The translations under genes and the position numbers were made by a program. Positions 40,408-54,900 of a stretch of 64,000 nt of DNA are shown piece by piece (within the stretch, counting starts at the first letter, position 1; each line of letters begins with the position of its first letter). A model generated the notes under the pieces. It ran no database searches, was not told the origin of the DNA, and saw nothing but the letters and a program-made list of their open reading frames with translations. This DNA comes from Octopus vulgaris (taxonomy: Eukaryota): positions 146,444,001-146,508,000 of the forward strand of contig OX597815.1 of the NCBI GenBank assembly GCA_951406725.2, written 5' to 3'.

Positions 40408-41419
40408 TATTGCGTTTGGACCGCTTGGATCGCTTTCAAGGCCACTACATCCCGTCGGATTGACTCCAACATTTACAGGGACATGTAAAATGAGGTGACG
40501 ATGCCCGTGGGCTACGTTAGAAATCCCTATCTTAAAAGGTGTCGTTGCTAGGGCCAAAAACCCACTTTGACAAGTCCACACCCATTCTTTTACGTATCTT
40601 TCTTCCTCACTCACGCTATTTCCTCCATTCCCCTCAAACTCCCTTTCACTTTCCCTTTATAAGTTCGTCAAACGGCGTTCTTTATCTCGCTGTCTGCATT
40701 CATAGAGAGAATTATCATCGCCACAAAGAACATACAATCATAAGAACAAATATTATGAATCAGATATTTCTTGCGTTCATTTATATGTGTGTGTGTGTGT
40801 GTTCTATATATAAATATGTATATATAATGTATATATACAAATTGTATGTATATGTATTTATGTATATTAAACTTTTTAATACTTTTTGATAGTTATATAT
40901 ATTTTTAAACAAATTATAAATATAATTTAATAATTTTTATTTTAAATTTAAATAATTTAAATTTTTCAATTTTATATTTTCCATATTTTGTATATTATAT
41001 TTTTATTTTTATGTTTTTGTTTTTGGTTTTCCACTGTTTGATTTGCCTATTAGTGGTTTTATCTCTAATTTAATTGATACGCACATATATATATATATAT
41101 ATATAATTTGTATACATTTGTATATATAATGCGTGCACACACACACACACATATATATATACATATATATGTATAATGTGTGCATTATGTGGTCGGTCGG
41201 TTCAGCTGAAAATATGCACACCTATGTTAAAAGTGCTGGCGAGTTTGCATGACAACTATTTTTTTCCTCAAATGAAAGGCGTGACCTCTAGGACAAAATT
41301 CCTCATCTTATAAAATGTGGCCCCAGTAGATCCGAATGAAATCGGGTTATATTAACCAAAATGTGAAAAGGGCTCAAAATTGGGCTGGAAGGGGATTAAA
41401 ATTTAAATGTGCGAGTGTT

Positions 41420-41705
41420 TAGGAATTCTCTGTTACATCAAGCTAAAAAATGTGCGCCAGCCTTTTAATCGTCAATGTGTTGCCGTCCATGATGAAGAAG
41501 TTTTGAATGCTTGCCATGGTGAGTCTACTGTCGTGAGAAAGAATCACTTCAAAACTTGGTGTTTACGATTTTTCTTTTACATCAAGTTCAAAATTTTACG
41601 CCAGCCGTTAAACTGTCAATACGTTGTTGTCCGTCGTTAAGAAATGCCAGCCATGGTGACTCTACTATCCTCAGATTCTATCTCTTCAAACTTTGGTTTC
41701 CAATA
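41420..41705. repeat. Two diverged tandem copies of an about 140-bp unit
   Basis: ttacatcaag..cgccagcc..tcaat..gttg..gccatggtga.tctact..cttcaaa..ttggt occurs twice. Confidence 0.75.
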
Positions 41706-41988
41706 TTTTATTATTTTTATTCAGCTCGCAAGTTCGTCTATCCATTTTAAGTATTAGCGTTTTGCTGTCTGCCTTGAAGCAGACCTTTCCATTGCCACTG
41801 CCTGATATTTATGATTAATCTTTCTAAATATTTTATTTCTCAACTTACTCAAGATCTTTTGTTGTTTATAAATGAGAGAGAGATAGATAAAGATAGAGAG
41901 TAAGAGAAAGCGAGGGAGAGTCCGAGAGAAAAGAAAAGTAAGAGAGTGGGAAAGTGAGAGAGAAAGAAGAGAGAAACAAAGAGGGAGA

Positions 41989-42300
41989 ATCATCATCATC
42001 ATCATCGTTTAACGTCCGTTTTCCGTGCTAGCACGGGTTAGACAGTTTGACCGGGGTCTGGGAAGCCAGGAGGCTGCACCAGGCTCCAGTCTAATCTGGC
42101 AGTGTTTCTACAGGTGGATGACCTTCGTAACGCCAACCACTCTGTGAGTGTAGTGGGTGCTTTTTTCGTGCCGCCGGCACAGGTGCCATGGGGGCTCGCA
42201 GCGGCAACGATCGGTTGATGCTTTTTACGTGCCACCGGCACAGAAGCCAGTCAAGGCGGCGCTGCAATCGGCCACGTTCGGATGGTGCTTTTTACGTGCT
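41989..42300 (-). mobile_element. Meta-domain-like SINE 3' part with (GAT)n tail
   Basis: Minus strand ggttggcgttacgaaggtcatcc resembles the Meta domain; tail ggacgttaaac(gat)n; three internal copies of tgcttttt.cgtgc. Confidence 0.65.
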
Positions 42301-42366
42301 GAAAGGAAGCAACAGAAAGTAACAACTACACTCTTACCCGCGCGTAGAGCGGGTCACCTTCAACTA

Positions 42367-42424
<58 letters not shown>

Positions 42425-42439
42425 GCGTATATATATATG

Positions 42440-42474
<35 letters not shown>

Positions 42475-42480
42475 TTGTGC

Positions 42481-42527
<47 letters not shown>

Positions 42528-43673
42528 CGTTTATTTGTGTGTGTAAGCGTGTTTCCGTGAGCGTGTGTTATATCCATCAAAATTGCTTAAATTCACAACG
42601 GAATGAAAATTACCATGTAGTTAATAAGATCTTTTAAAAACTGACATAATTCACCGTGGAATATTTTCGAGATTATTATTTTTTTTACAGTTATTTCGAT
42701 TACATATTTTCAAGGATGTAATTATCAAACAGGAAATTGATTGTAATAGTAACATTAGCATTTTTTGATTCTTTAAAATGTGAAGCGGCAACATAATTAA
42801 CAAATAATCCAAATCAGTGAGGAGAGAGAGCGAGATAGTGGGGAAATAGATATATAAAAATGTTCCTCGTCACTTTTTTTTTTTAAATACAAAAACATAT
42901 ATTTACGATTTTTATTTTGAGTTTTAAAACTTCACGTTCACTTTAGAACAAACTGTTATTAATGTATATTTTTGTAAAGTATGATTTTGACTATAGTGTT
43001 TCATCCATTATTCCGGGTGAGCATCGAGTGTTCGCAATGTAACATACCTAAGATAAATATATAGATACCAGGGCAGTTGCTGCAAGTTTTGTATGGCGTA
43101 AAATTTCATAGTTGTTCTATGTTTAACAACACAATATGCAACGGTGTCAGGCAAAAAGTTGTCCTGGCAATTGCCAGCGAGAACGCTGTGATTATTAAGT
43201 ACTAGCTGACCACGTTTCATCAATAATGACTGCGAATTGTAGTATTTTATAACGTACAAAATAAGGAACATAATAATCACACATACAAACATTCAAATAC
43301 TTCCATTGTACACGCACACACATACACACATATACTCACACAGAGTTGAAACGCTGATATTTTTTCACTCCTTCCTTTCTTTCATTGCTGCTACTTTCTC
43401 TCACTCCAGCTCAGTCACGGCTATTACTCTCACTACTTTTCCTTCCCTGAATTATTATTTTCTTTTCTCCTCCGCATCCGGCGTGATTCTGAACAAATAT
43501 ATATATACAAATAGATAAAAACACTAAGCTCATTATTATATTAGGAGATGACGCCGGGTCATTTTGATTTAATACTGTTCCAGTGCTTTACACCGGATAT
43601 TTTATTCAGCTCGATGAATAAATACATTATTCACCTTTTCTCATACATCACGTGCATATATATCTTGCATACA

Positions 43674-43729
<56 letters not shown>

Positions 43730-43733
<4 letters not shown>

Positions 43734-43889
43734 AGAGTAAGCACATAAATGTGAAATAAGTTAGAAAAAACAGTACTCGGCTACCGGAGGTAGAGTAATA
43801 TACTTTCGATATCACAAAAACTCTTACTCAGAGATTCACGCTCGGACATTCTCAACCAAAACTGTCCGACAAACAGTCGCATAAACTCT

Positions 43890-43890
<1 letters not shown>
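43730..43890 (-). mobile_element. Possible Penelope-like 3' end between (TA)n and (CA)n
   Basis: Minus strand has hairpin tcggaca..tgtccga followed by gaat-ctc t gag-ta (decayed hammerhead 3' half). Confidence 0.35.
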
Positions 43891-43924
<34 letters not shown>

Positions 43925-43926
<2 letters not shown>

Positions 43927-44080
43927 GATGGGCTTCTTTCAGTTCCGTCTACCAAATCTACTCACAAGGCTTTCGTCGGTAAGAGGCTATAGACGAAGAC
44001 ACCTGCACAAGGTACCATGCAGTGAGAGTGAACCCAAAACTATGTGGCTAGGAAGCAGGCTTCGTACCGCACAGCCGCGA
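43925..44080 (-). mobile_element. CORE-type SINE 5' half
   Basis: gggcttctttcagttccgtctaccaaatc..cacagccgcg. Confidence 0.8.
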
Positions 44081-44183
44081 CTAAAAATAACGACACTCAT
44101 GATACATTTAAACATATCAAACTTTGCGTCAAATACTGTCCGTTTTCTCTGCATCTATCTATCTATCTGTCTATCTATCTGTT

Positions 44184-44218
<35 letters not shown>

Positions 44219-44869
44219 TTATATATATAATGTAAATCTTCAACTTCATCCCTAACTAATTCTTAGTTACATTTAATGCTGGTAACCATCGTAATAACTT
44301 ATGTTGGTATTCTCTCAATTATTAACGTGAACATGAAAACTAGTATATATTGGGTGTTACCTGCTTTTGAGAAATACTTTATGTAATTATTCAGGATAAA
44401 TTCTACACAAGAAGATTGTGGCGTGCATAAAACTTACAAGGTCAGCTTCCGGCGAACTGATACTATATGACGGTTTCAATTTACGATTTAAGATACGTCA
44501 TTTCATTTCAGCTACTTATGCCCTTTGGAGACAGGGAGTTCTAACACCACCACCTCTTCTCGTAAATGCCCAGAAATACGATTGTTTCATATAAATTTCT
44601 TATTTCTGTGGTTTGTGCCATGAATTGCTTAGTATGAAAAATTTTGAGAGGCTGAACTAGACTTCTACTATTCAATGATATTTCGAAATTTGGCCGAAAT
44701 ATCAATCTTTATGATGTGTGAAGAATCTGTATTCTCACTTGCCTGCTTTATTTTCAGTCACCACCACCTCTAATAACGATGATGATGATAATAATAATAA
44801 TAACAACAACAACAACAATAATAATAATAATAATAATAATTGGTATAAATTTGTTCCACAGCAATTATT

Positions 44870-45312
44870 CCTCAAAACCACAGATTTGCTTGTCAGTTGT
44901 TTGACCTTAACCAGTTGAGCGTGTCCCTCAGTGGCTGATGATATTTGAATTTCTGATCACGAGCAGGAGTAGCGAGGGCGCATCATAGCTATGTGTTGAG
45001 AGGAATTCTTTGGAGTTTGGATAATTCACCGTTGGAATTATGGGTATTTTATTCAACATCCTTAAACAACCCTTATTCAGTGACCATCCGAGCGGGATGG
45101 GCCACTCGGCCTGAGGAAAATTTTAACTGGGCTCCGCCTTCAAGTTCATGTGCTGTTTTTCATGATATGAGATAAGTATGTCGCGCACATATGGTTGTGA
45201 TGCATGTGCCTGGTGTACCGTTATCAGACGGGTATTCATGATGTGTGTACTGGGCGTCGTATATTTTACCCCAATGTCACTTTGATGGCATGCACTGCTG
45301 TCTCACTCAATA
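44870..45312 (+). mobile_element. Probable retroelement 3' segment inserted in (TAA/CAA)n
   Basis: GC-richer block flanked by (AAT/AAC)n on both sides and ending ctcactc(aat)n. Single copy here, so family assignment is inference. Confidence 0.4.
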
Positions 45313-45956
45313 ATAATAATAACAACAACAATATGCCCTGCTGCAGTATTAAGTAGTGGCTCTCATCGAATTTGAAATCAGAACGTAAAGACGGACGAAA
45401 TGCTGCTAAGTGTCAGAACTAATACCACAAGGTATATTTTTCGAAACCCCTAATAAGTTTTTCTTCCCAATACCTTTTTATTATTTTTTTGGAACTAAAC
45501 ACAGTAAGATAAAAACCAAACTTTACAACGAGTCCTTTGTAATCAGAACGGAAACAGCAGGGAGAAATGACATAAGGCGTCCACTTGTGTGGACATAAGG
45601 CGTTCCATGTTAGGACACTATAATATTTCTGCCGAGTTGTTACCAGTTCAAATATGCCTGAGGCATATTCACATCAAGAAGAAAGCCACTCATTGTATTT
45701 TATCAAGGATAAAATTTCTCGCTGCATACAGAAATGTGTAAACACTAAATCAATAGGCAGCAAACCCAAAACATACATTTTGGACTGGCTATTTGATATA
45801 TGATTTCGAATGCATATTTCCTGTGTGAATGAAGGTTAATTTTAATTAACCTTGGTTTTCACTACAATTTCTCCACAGCTTATCTTTTCATCTTATATCT
45901 TATAATTTACCATCGAACTACATATTTTGAATCAATATTCCTTGTATCTAATAAAG

Positions 45957-46194
45957 CAGTTGTTCTCAGCTGGGGGTCCACATTTACTTTGAGGGTCCTT
46001 GTAAGATTTTGTTGCTAAAATTCATGTGCAATAAATAGCTTATACCTCTACAATACGCAAAATAGTTTAAGTTTTTATACAATTCCTAATAACATTTGAT
46101 TATCAAAATACAATGGGATTGCGTGTTTCATATGGTCGATTAGATTGAGCTAGAAATTAGAGGCCCATAGGCAAAAAATGGTCGTAAACCACTG
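45957..46194. mobile_element. hAT (Charlie-like) MITE, decayed
   Basis: Ends cagttgttctcagc / ggtcgtaaaccactg; 8-nt flanks taataaag and cactaaat both have central TA. Confidence 0.6.
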
Positions 46195-48959
46195 CACTAA
46201 ATGTTTATATTTATCTATTATTTTCTATATCAGTAACATGTTAATACTGCAAATATTAGGGATCTTGTAAGTTGAGATATAATACAGGAATTTCTCACAA
46301 CAACCTAAATGAATTAAGCGACCAGCAGTGGAAATGCATTTCAAAATCATGGATTTGAAATAAAGTATTCAAATTTCGTGATTTAATACAAGCACAATAA
46401 TGCTTAATATCTCCTCCACTTATACACACACACACATATATATATATATATATGCACACACGCACACACACACATTACTTGTGGTCGTTATACAGAAATG
46501 AAATATATCACTGACATGATTTAGGTTTCCCAATACTCAGTGACTCGGCAATAAAATATCACACACTTTCCACTTCAGTGATAGCTTTACTATCTATGAA
46601 GATAATTATATGCAAGACAAGTAACGTTCACTTGCGTTTTCTATGAATACAATGGTCTTATTTTCCTTAGGGACATTATCGCTCACCCCATATATCATTG
46701 GATCCAACGCGATTTGGCCGTCCGTTCAGAAAGTTAACAGATGCACATCACCTGGAAACGGTTCTTTTATATGGTTTCTGGTAATTCTATGTTACACAGA
46801 GTTGGCCTTATCACATTTTAGTGTCGATGCTTACTAGAAGCGTTCTCAGAAGGAAAGTTATAATTCATCTGTGAAATATTCACTTAATATCGTGTTAACC
46901 ACTTTGCAATCTGACACACTCTCTTTTAGTTTTTACTGTTACGTCCAACATTAAATTGAATATTTGAAAATGTTATTTTAAGTGAAAATTATTTCGAAAA
47001 AATGGCCATAAAAGTTAATTTCACAGTCGAGTATTTTTTGAATTGGAGAGTATTACTATCTTGTTCACCTGCTTTGGGTTTACTTTAGGAAAATCGTTGA
47101 TTCTTTGTTATTGAAACTTTTTATTATTATCATTTTCGTTATTGAGTCTCATTGTTTGAGGATGTCTTTTTCAGTCATTTTTCGTGACATCACTTATTCA
47201 AGCATTATCAAATGAAGGTTTCTTTCAGTGTACTTAAAACAAAAAAAAAGCACTATAAATACTAGGGAAAGTTTGCCCTCAATAATCTGGAGTAGACAAC
47301 AAAAAGTTTTCTTTTTTTAAGTTTTAAAATGCATTGTGTTTTTAACCAAAATTGTTCCCAAACGTATAGGCCATATAACTGAACACTGCCATATGTGAAT
47401 AAAAAAATGATAACGGGAAAAATACAAAGTCAAAACACACCACTTGATGTAATAAAAGAGGAGAAACTTAGGCATTTTAATGAAAAAAGGAATAGATGAA
47501 ACTAACAAAAAAATATTCTCAAGACTCAAAAAGTAATTTTAATGACAGCATTAACAGCAGAAGCAATAACGGTGATGATTCTTTTACGGATTCAAACGAT
47601 ATAACCGTTCATACTGCAGTAGTGTCAATACTTAACAAGTTGAACAAAAGTTTTAGACATACCACAGTTCAAAAAATGCAGGTACAAGAATTTTCTAAGA
47701 TTGAAAACAGTATTTTGCCAGTGGAAAAATCCAGAAAAGAACGAAGAGAAAAAACAATGTATATCTCTAATTCCAAAACAAGGAAAGTGACAAGAAGTAG
47801 ATGTAAGTGATGACATCTTGAAGGGAAAAATCTCTCACATGAAAGCAAAGAAAGCAAAAGAATATTCAAACAAAACACGGTCTGAAAAGGACATATATAT
47901 TTCCATCCATACACTTGTAGTCGAGTACGTGGGTAAAAAGAAAGAAAAAAAACAGTGACATTAAGAATATATCGAAAATGACGTAGATCCATTGTGAGTG
48001 TTTAATTTTATATCACATTATAGGGTTTAGTTTCTTCTTATATTAGTGTTTGTTTGGTTATGAGTGTTGTAGTTAATGTAAAATTTATTTATTCATTAGG
48101 CTTTTATCTTGTAAAATGTATGTTATTAGAATTGTGTTGTTTTAGTTTATGAGGTTTAATACAAATATAAATACTCAATATACTAACTGTAAAGCTTTTT
48201 GTATATGATTAAAAGGATTATACTCTTGTATTTGAAAAACGTTCGCTGTCAAATTTGAAAGTTTAATATTAATGTAAAACAAGTGAAGAGTTTTGCGGCT
48301 TTAATAAAATATGTGGACGGATACTTTTTAAACAGTAAGATTCATATAGGGATGTGGACTTTCAAATTGAAAAAATTAACTTCTATGAAAATATCTATTA
48401 TCTCGTTTAATAATACACGACCGTAACGTCTAGAAACATTTACCTTTAGCGAACAGCACAATAAGGAATTATATTTCAGATGTTTACAGAACGCATACTC
48501 ACATATAAGAAAGAATAGCATTCATACTCTCATGCCTATCAGAAACACACTCACACACATGCACACACGCTTACACTCAAGTACATATGTAATCCTGAAG
48601 TCATACATATGATGCTGAAATTATATATGCCATTAAAAAGAGAATTCGCAGTATAGTATAAGAGCTGGCACCGTAAACCGAATGTTGAAGAAGTTCGCTT
48701 TGTAATCACAAAGTTTCGTGGTGAGTCAGGCAAATGCTATTTTGTATGATCTCAATATACCCCATACGTTCAGAGTGAAATAAAGTAGACAAACTGTATG
48801 GAAGCATGTCAGGTGTAGTCTATTTGTAATTCAGTAGATACTTCTTTGCCAAACATTAAGTCATGCTGATGCAGCCTGAGAATTAAGATAAGTATGTACG
48901 TTTCAGAGGAATACTCAGCCACTTAAACGCAAATTCAGCAGCAGATGTTTCAACTCCAA

Positions 48960-49445
48960 TTTGAATAGCGGTAATTTATTGAATATCTTGAAGCATGTCA
49001 CACCATGAATGGAGAATAATATATCAATTAGCGGGAGAAGTTACGGAAGGCTACCAAGACCAAACGTCTAGAAAAACTGACGAATGTCATCTTGTTTCAT
49101 CAGAACAATGCTGAAGAACACTAGTATTTTGTTTCAATGGCTGCTGTGTGGGACTATGGTTCTGAGCTGGTTGATCACCCTCCGTATTCTCCTAATTTGG
49201 TCCCATCAGACTATCATCTGTTACCCATCATAAAAAAGACACTTGGTGGGAGCCAGTATCAGAGTGATGATAACAGCATAATTTTCTGTTGATGACGTTT
49301 TTGACCAACCGGATGAAAACTTCTTCATCAATGGTATCCAAGAACTGCAACACCGATGGAAGATATGTGTTGAAAAATAAACATCATTTGGTCACATTCC
49401 ATGAGAATATGTTGGTCAGCCTATGAACACTTCAGCCGACCCTCG
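48960..49445 (+). mobile_element. mariner transposase 3' relic with right TIR
   Basis: VILFHQNNA..ELVDHPPYSPNLVPSDYHLLP..FFINGIQELQHRWKICVE; ends ttcagccgaccctcg. Confidence 0.85.
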
Positions 49446-49814
49446 CACATTAATCTTTCTTTTATCTTATGTTACTTATTACAAACATAAGTCATCAATT
49501 CCAATCTATTTATGTACCAAACTCTCGCGAGCTCAACGACACATATATTTTGAGGTTAAGTGAGTAACTTTCTTTAGTTCAACAGTGGCAAGTAAGATGA
49601 ATATTCTCCGAAACGTCTAGAGCATTCACATCTCTTTGTGTTACTAATTTGAAGTGCATTCTTTCCTGCTAGTTCAATTCATGTAAATATAACATCATAT
49701 GACCGAATATTTAATGAGTTGTTCTAAACTCTGAATGATTAAATACCTCAGATGAATTAACAGAGTGCAGTATGCGTTTATATGTACGCACATACTATAT
49801 ACACGCACGCACAA

Positions 49815-49854
<40 letters not shown>

Positions 49855-50423
49855 CACATACATATATATATTATATATACATATATATATATATACATAC
49901 ACATACATATATATATTATATATACATATATATATATATTATATATATACATATATATTATATACATACGTATATATGCGTGTGGGTTTTGTTTTTATGA
50001 GTCGACTGTATATTATTATTTTGATTATTTTTTATAACTTCAAACATACACATCATCAAACACTTTCACATATATTGAAAGCTAAATAACTGAAATGTGT
50101 TGAGTATTTACAGAAATTGTAAGCTGAAATATTAATTTAATTATGTTCTGTCAGGTGTGATAATATTCCTTGAACATCACAATCAACAGAAGTTTATGAC
50201 GAACATGAATACAATTACAGAACATCAAACTTCGGTTCATATGTATGTCAATCAGTGTGAGCATATTGTTGAAGTAAAAGTATTCAAAGCTTTCATTTTT
50301 TTAAAACATGCGTAACGTTTCAAGTATTTTAATTTACCTTAATCTTTGAAAAATAGCGAAAGATTTTAATTTAAATTTATTCCAACATTTAATCACCTGT
50401 CAGGTTTTTTTAAAGTTTTCAAA

Positions 50424-50480
<57 letters not shown>

Positions 50481-50578
50481 GTGTGTGTGTGTGTGTGTGT
50501 ATAGATATATGCATATACGTATATACATATATATAAATACATAAACATATATACACACATATATTGTATGTATGTATG

Positions 50579-50630
<52 letters not shown>

Positions 50631-50675
50631 GCTTACTTGGAGAAATAAGAAAGTGACGCGAGGTGTTCAATCATA

Positions 50676-50751
50676 TAACAATTTAACAAATAAAACATAT
50701 GCATACATACATATATATATGTACATAGCTACATCTATATGTATATATACA

Positions 50752-50801
<50 letters not shown>

Positions 50802-50963
50802 TATATATATATGAGTACAGGGCACCGCAAATAAACGTAGAACACAACGAGAAATTCAAACAAAGAAACGGACTTTTTTCGTTGTTGAAAAAAGTCCGTT
50901 TCCTTGTTTGATTTTATGTTTTCGTTTCTCGTTGTGTTCTACGTTTATTTGTGGTGTCCTGTA

Positions 50964-51008
<45 letters not shown>

Positions 51009-51085
51009 TTGTATGTATACATATAGATGTAGGTATGTACATATATGTATGTATGTAGGCATATGTTTTATTTGTTAAATTGTTA
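50676..51085. repeat. About 200-bp-arm palindrome including (TA)n tracts and flank
   Basis: Centre loop gttgtt at 50881-50886. Each arm contains an about 70-80-nt repeat end, a (TA)n tract and about 80 nt beyond it. Confidence 0.9.
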
Positions 51086-51120
<35 letters not shown>

Positions 51121-51338
51121 ATTATATACCCGTATATATATTTGTATGTATCTATTAGCATACATTCATAACATACACTATACCATTATCAAATTCTTCA
51201 TTCTTTTTTCCACTATATGCATGGGAATTACAAAGCAATTTATAACCGAATTTGGTGCATTGCCAAGAAGAATTATACTGAGGATTCATGAACATATAAA
51301 ACTAAACAAATATATATATAATTATATATATACAGACA

Positions 51339-51438
<100 letters not shown>

Positions 51439-51474
51439 TATATATACATATATGCATATTCACACACACACGCT

Positions 51475-51531
<57 letters not shown>

Positions 51532-51906
51532 GTACATATGTGTGTGCCTGTGCTCGCACCAAAATAATTGTTACCCTAAAAGTAGTTTTAAAAATACCTA
51601 TAAGAAATGCCACATATTTTTCGTGATGTATTAGTGCTGATGTATTAGTATTTCTGGAACTATTGTGCTTGAAAACAAATGACATTTTATTTTGAATTAA
51701 TACTACAAGCTCAAATCTTAGATCTCAGAGGACGTGAAAAAATGAAGTATAACTTAGAAAAATATCGAGGTCTATCTAATTGAATATCACAGGAAAATAA
51801 TTACTTATCGTTTTCGCTTGAATCTGTTCGTAAAGTAACATATATCTATCTACGTTTGAAGAGACTCACTTGAATTTTCCATTTTTTAGTTTACACGCAC
51901 ACTCTC

Positions 51907-51944
<38 letters not shown>

Positions 51945-52519
51945 TTACAAATATTCGTGGGTGTGGTGCGTGTCTGTGTGAGTGTGTATGCGAGAAATTG
52001 CTTGTGTGTGCGCATATAATCAATAAATTCTTCCAGCATCATGTTGAATATTAGACAAGGTCGCAAGAGAAATAATTTTGGATTGATTATTTATGAAAGT
52101 TAAGAAACTTGAAGCAACTTTAATTGATTCCCAAAGCTAAAAGACAATCCGGAAACCAAATTACTTCCAACACAGTCAATTCTGATTGTATTTCCTACAA
52201 GACACTCGTCCCTTAAGACTCGGTCATTTCATTGATAGCTTCTTGTATTTATTTCTCTATTGTTGTCAATTTCCTCTTCTCCCCATTACTCGATGGCTTT
52301 TCAACTAAAATCAATTTGTTACAGTAGAATACTCTATGCATCACAGAAATATACACTCACATCACAAAATGGTAATGAATAAATAGAATACTGAAAGCAG
52401 CTATGATTGGACGCCAAGTTTACATTTCTTTTTAACAAGTGCCAGGATGATATATTTTTTCTAGAAATTGAAACTTATTAAGTGAATAATTTTTCTGTTG
52501 TGACCCAATAAAAATGGTC

Positions 52520-52970
52520 TTAGAAATTTCGGGGCTGGGAAGATGAAAGTGCAGGACCATTTGCAGTGAAGAAATTGTGTCGCAATGTTCTTACGTGATG
52601 TGATCTCGACCTTTGTAGGGGATGCATTGCACGAGGGCCTATTCTTGGGTGAATTGTAAGCATAATACCAATATCATTTGGATCATATTGTTGGAACATT
52701 TTGCATGTGGTGCAAAGTATGTATCGCTCACGCCGGCGTTGCAGAGAATAGAGTTTCAGCTGTTTAAGTGGAGCCCAATAATCAAGTCCCATCAGGCCAT
52801 TTACTTTTCTTGTGATTGATCTTTATGGAGCTTCGAACCTCATTATGCCTTGTTTTATAGAGGGATACCACAATGAGCAGCAGTATTCGAGGTGGGGCCT
52901 AGCGAATGTGGAGAAGAGAAGGACGATGGTTTCATGTTCACTAGATTGGAAATTCTGAGGATCCCTGAGC
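52520..52970 (-). mobile_element. CR1/L2-group LINE 3' fragment
   Basis: FARPHLEYCCSLWYP..GLDYWAPLKQLKLYSLQRRRERYI..NFFTANGPAL. Confidence 0.85.
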
Positions 52971-53219
52971 ACACACACACATATTTAACTTACAAGGAAA
53001 GTAAACAAACAGAGTTTGCTTTAGAAACGTTCGAATGTATTGAAAGATACAGAAATAAATTATTCTCCAACGCAGGATAATGCTAATACAATAGCATGTA
53101 CAGAGTAAACTATCCATATATCGGAGAAAAAAATCGTTCCTCGCCAATCTCGTGGCTGGCCGGTCGCGATTTTTTCTACTCTCTCTCTCACCGCTCTCTC
53201 TCTCTCTCTCTCTCTCTCT

Positions 53220-53273
<54 letters not shown>

Positions 53274-53301
53274 AAATAAGCAACAAGGATATCCAGAGGT
53301 A

Positions 53302-53389
53302 ATGTAGTACGATCGTTTCATGCAACTCCATTTAACTGAACAATGCAATCATTAATCATTTTAAAATGCAGAGCAATCTTCAACTGCAC
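53302..53389 (-). ncRNA. Decayed type I hammerhead in Penelope-like end (53271-53390)
   Basis: gtgcag-TTGAAGA-ttgc..gcat-GAAAC-GATC-GTA-ctacat; 3' end about 30 nt further abuts (TA)n. Confidence 0.55.
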
Positions 53390-53511
53390 AAGAACATGTA
53401 ATTTAATTTTAATTAGAACAGAAGGACACATTAGTATAATTATACCTAAAATCTCCAAGAATTTAAGAAGATAGATAAAGAGCATGCTGTCCCACTCCAG
53501 TTTAGAAGTTA

Positions 53512-53578
<67 letters not shown>

Positions 53579-54499
53579 TATATACATATATATACATATA
53601 TATATGTATGTATTTGTATGATATATATCGGCGACTTTAATTTCCGATGTATGTAAACACTCTAGAAGCATAAATTTCCAGACGAAGTTTATCAACCGAG
53701 GCAAGATGAGTTTCATTAATACATTTGGATCTTGTATTGAGGCTAGCATAACCCAATATTAAATATCATATCTTGTAATACTTAAAACAGTTTCAAGTTG
53801 ATTACCTAAAAAGAATAATATATATATATGATGTACATTAAATGTGCGTGAGAGAGGGAGAGAGAAAGAGAGAGGGAGGGAGGGGGAGAAGGAGAGAAAG
53901 AGAGAGACACAACATTAAGTGAAGCTGAAAAGGAGAGTACGTTTTTATAATATCTAGTTACATAATCTTCCGGGTGATGCTTAACATAAATATCACTTAT
54001 ATAAGATTAAGTATACAATCTGATTGCAGTGTCAAGTCTTCAGACACTGCATTGTGTTACTAGCATTTAGTGTTTCTAATTTCATCGACGAGATAAGTGT
54101 TGTATGAATTAAAACAACGACTTCGATTAGGTCAAAGAATGAGCCTTCTCATGAGAGCAATAATGACTTATTGTAAAGCTACTAAAATCTCGGTGTTGCC
54201 ACTGGATCTCTGAATAAATTAGAAATATCGGGTTACAGAGAAATCGGCAGGATGTCTATCATTTATTATTTTATATTGCTTTTCATTCGTTAACGATCGC
54301 TCATACTTATGGACAAAGTTAAGTACATCAACGAATATGTAGGCGTAGTTACTCACGGACAGATGTGCTCACATCCACGCACATATACATAAATATGCAT
54401 ACATACATACATACAAGCACACACATATATAAATATACACAACTTCACATACATACACACACAAAAACATATTAGAAGTCTGTATCAATCCTGTAGTCA

Positions 54500-54900
54500 A
54501 GTGCAATACGTGATCTAGGAACTGATATGAGCAACGAGGCTTAGTTTCACGTATATATGACCAAATGGTGTCAATATGCAGGTGAATGGCCGGATGGATT
54601 CTGAGTCTGCTTTCAGCTCTGGTCACCTCACAGTGCCATATCAATAGCGGAACTTGGGAAAATTAAACGGTGCTTCTCAAAGGAAATTGCATCAATGGAA
54701 CAGCTGAGCTACTGGGAGAGACTGAAAGAGCTATTATTCTCCCTCTGGTGAGGCGACGGGAGAGGTATGCAGTGACATGCACGTGGAAGATCCTGGAGGG
54801 GCTGGCACCAAACTTTGGTATCTAGAGCTGGATGTCACTTAGCTGGTCAAAAGTCTCAGCTATGTTGTCTGGAGTGATTTCCATTTACCATAGTAACTTG
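54500..54900 (+). mobile_element. CR1/L2-group LINE fragment, decayed
   Basis: IRDLG..MAGWILS..LSYWERLKEL..RRRERYAVTCTWKILEGLAPNFGI. Confidence 0.75.

Noticed and set aside
44931-44960. Box C/D-like motif (tgatga..ctga with gtgg/tcac stem)
   Set aside because: Only 11 nt between boxes, non-ideal K-turn geometry, and inside a probable repeat.
47496-47990. 104-aa ORF and downstream broken frame, possible DNA transposon relic
   Set aside because: Low complexity; no catalytic motif or TIR I can verify.
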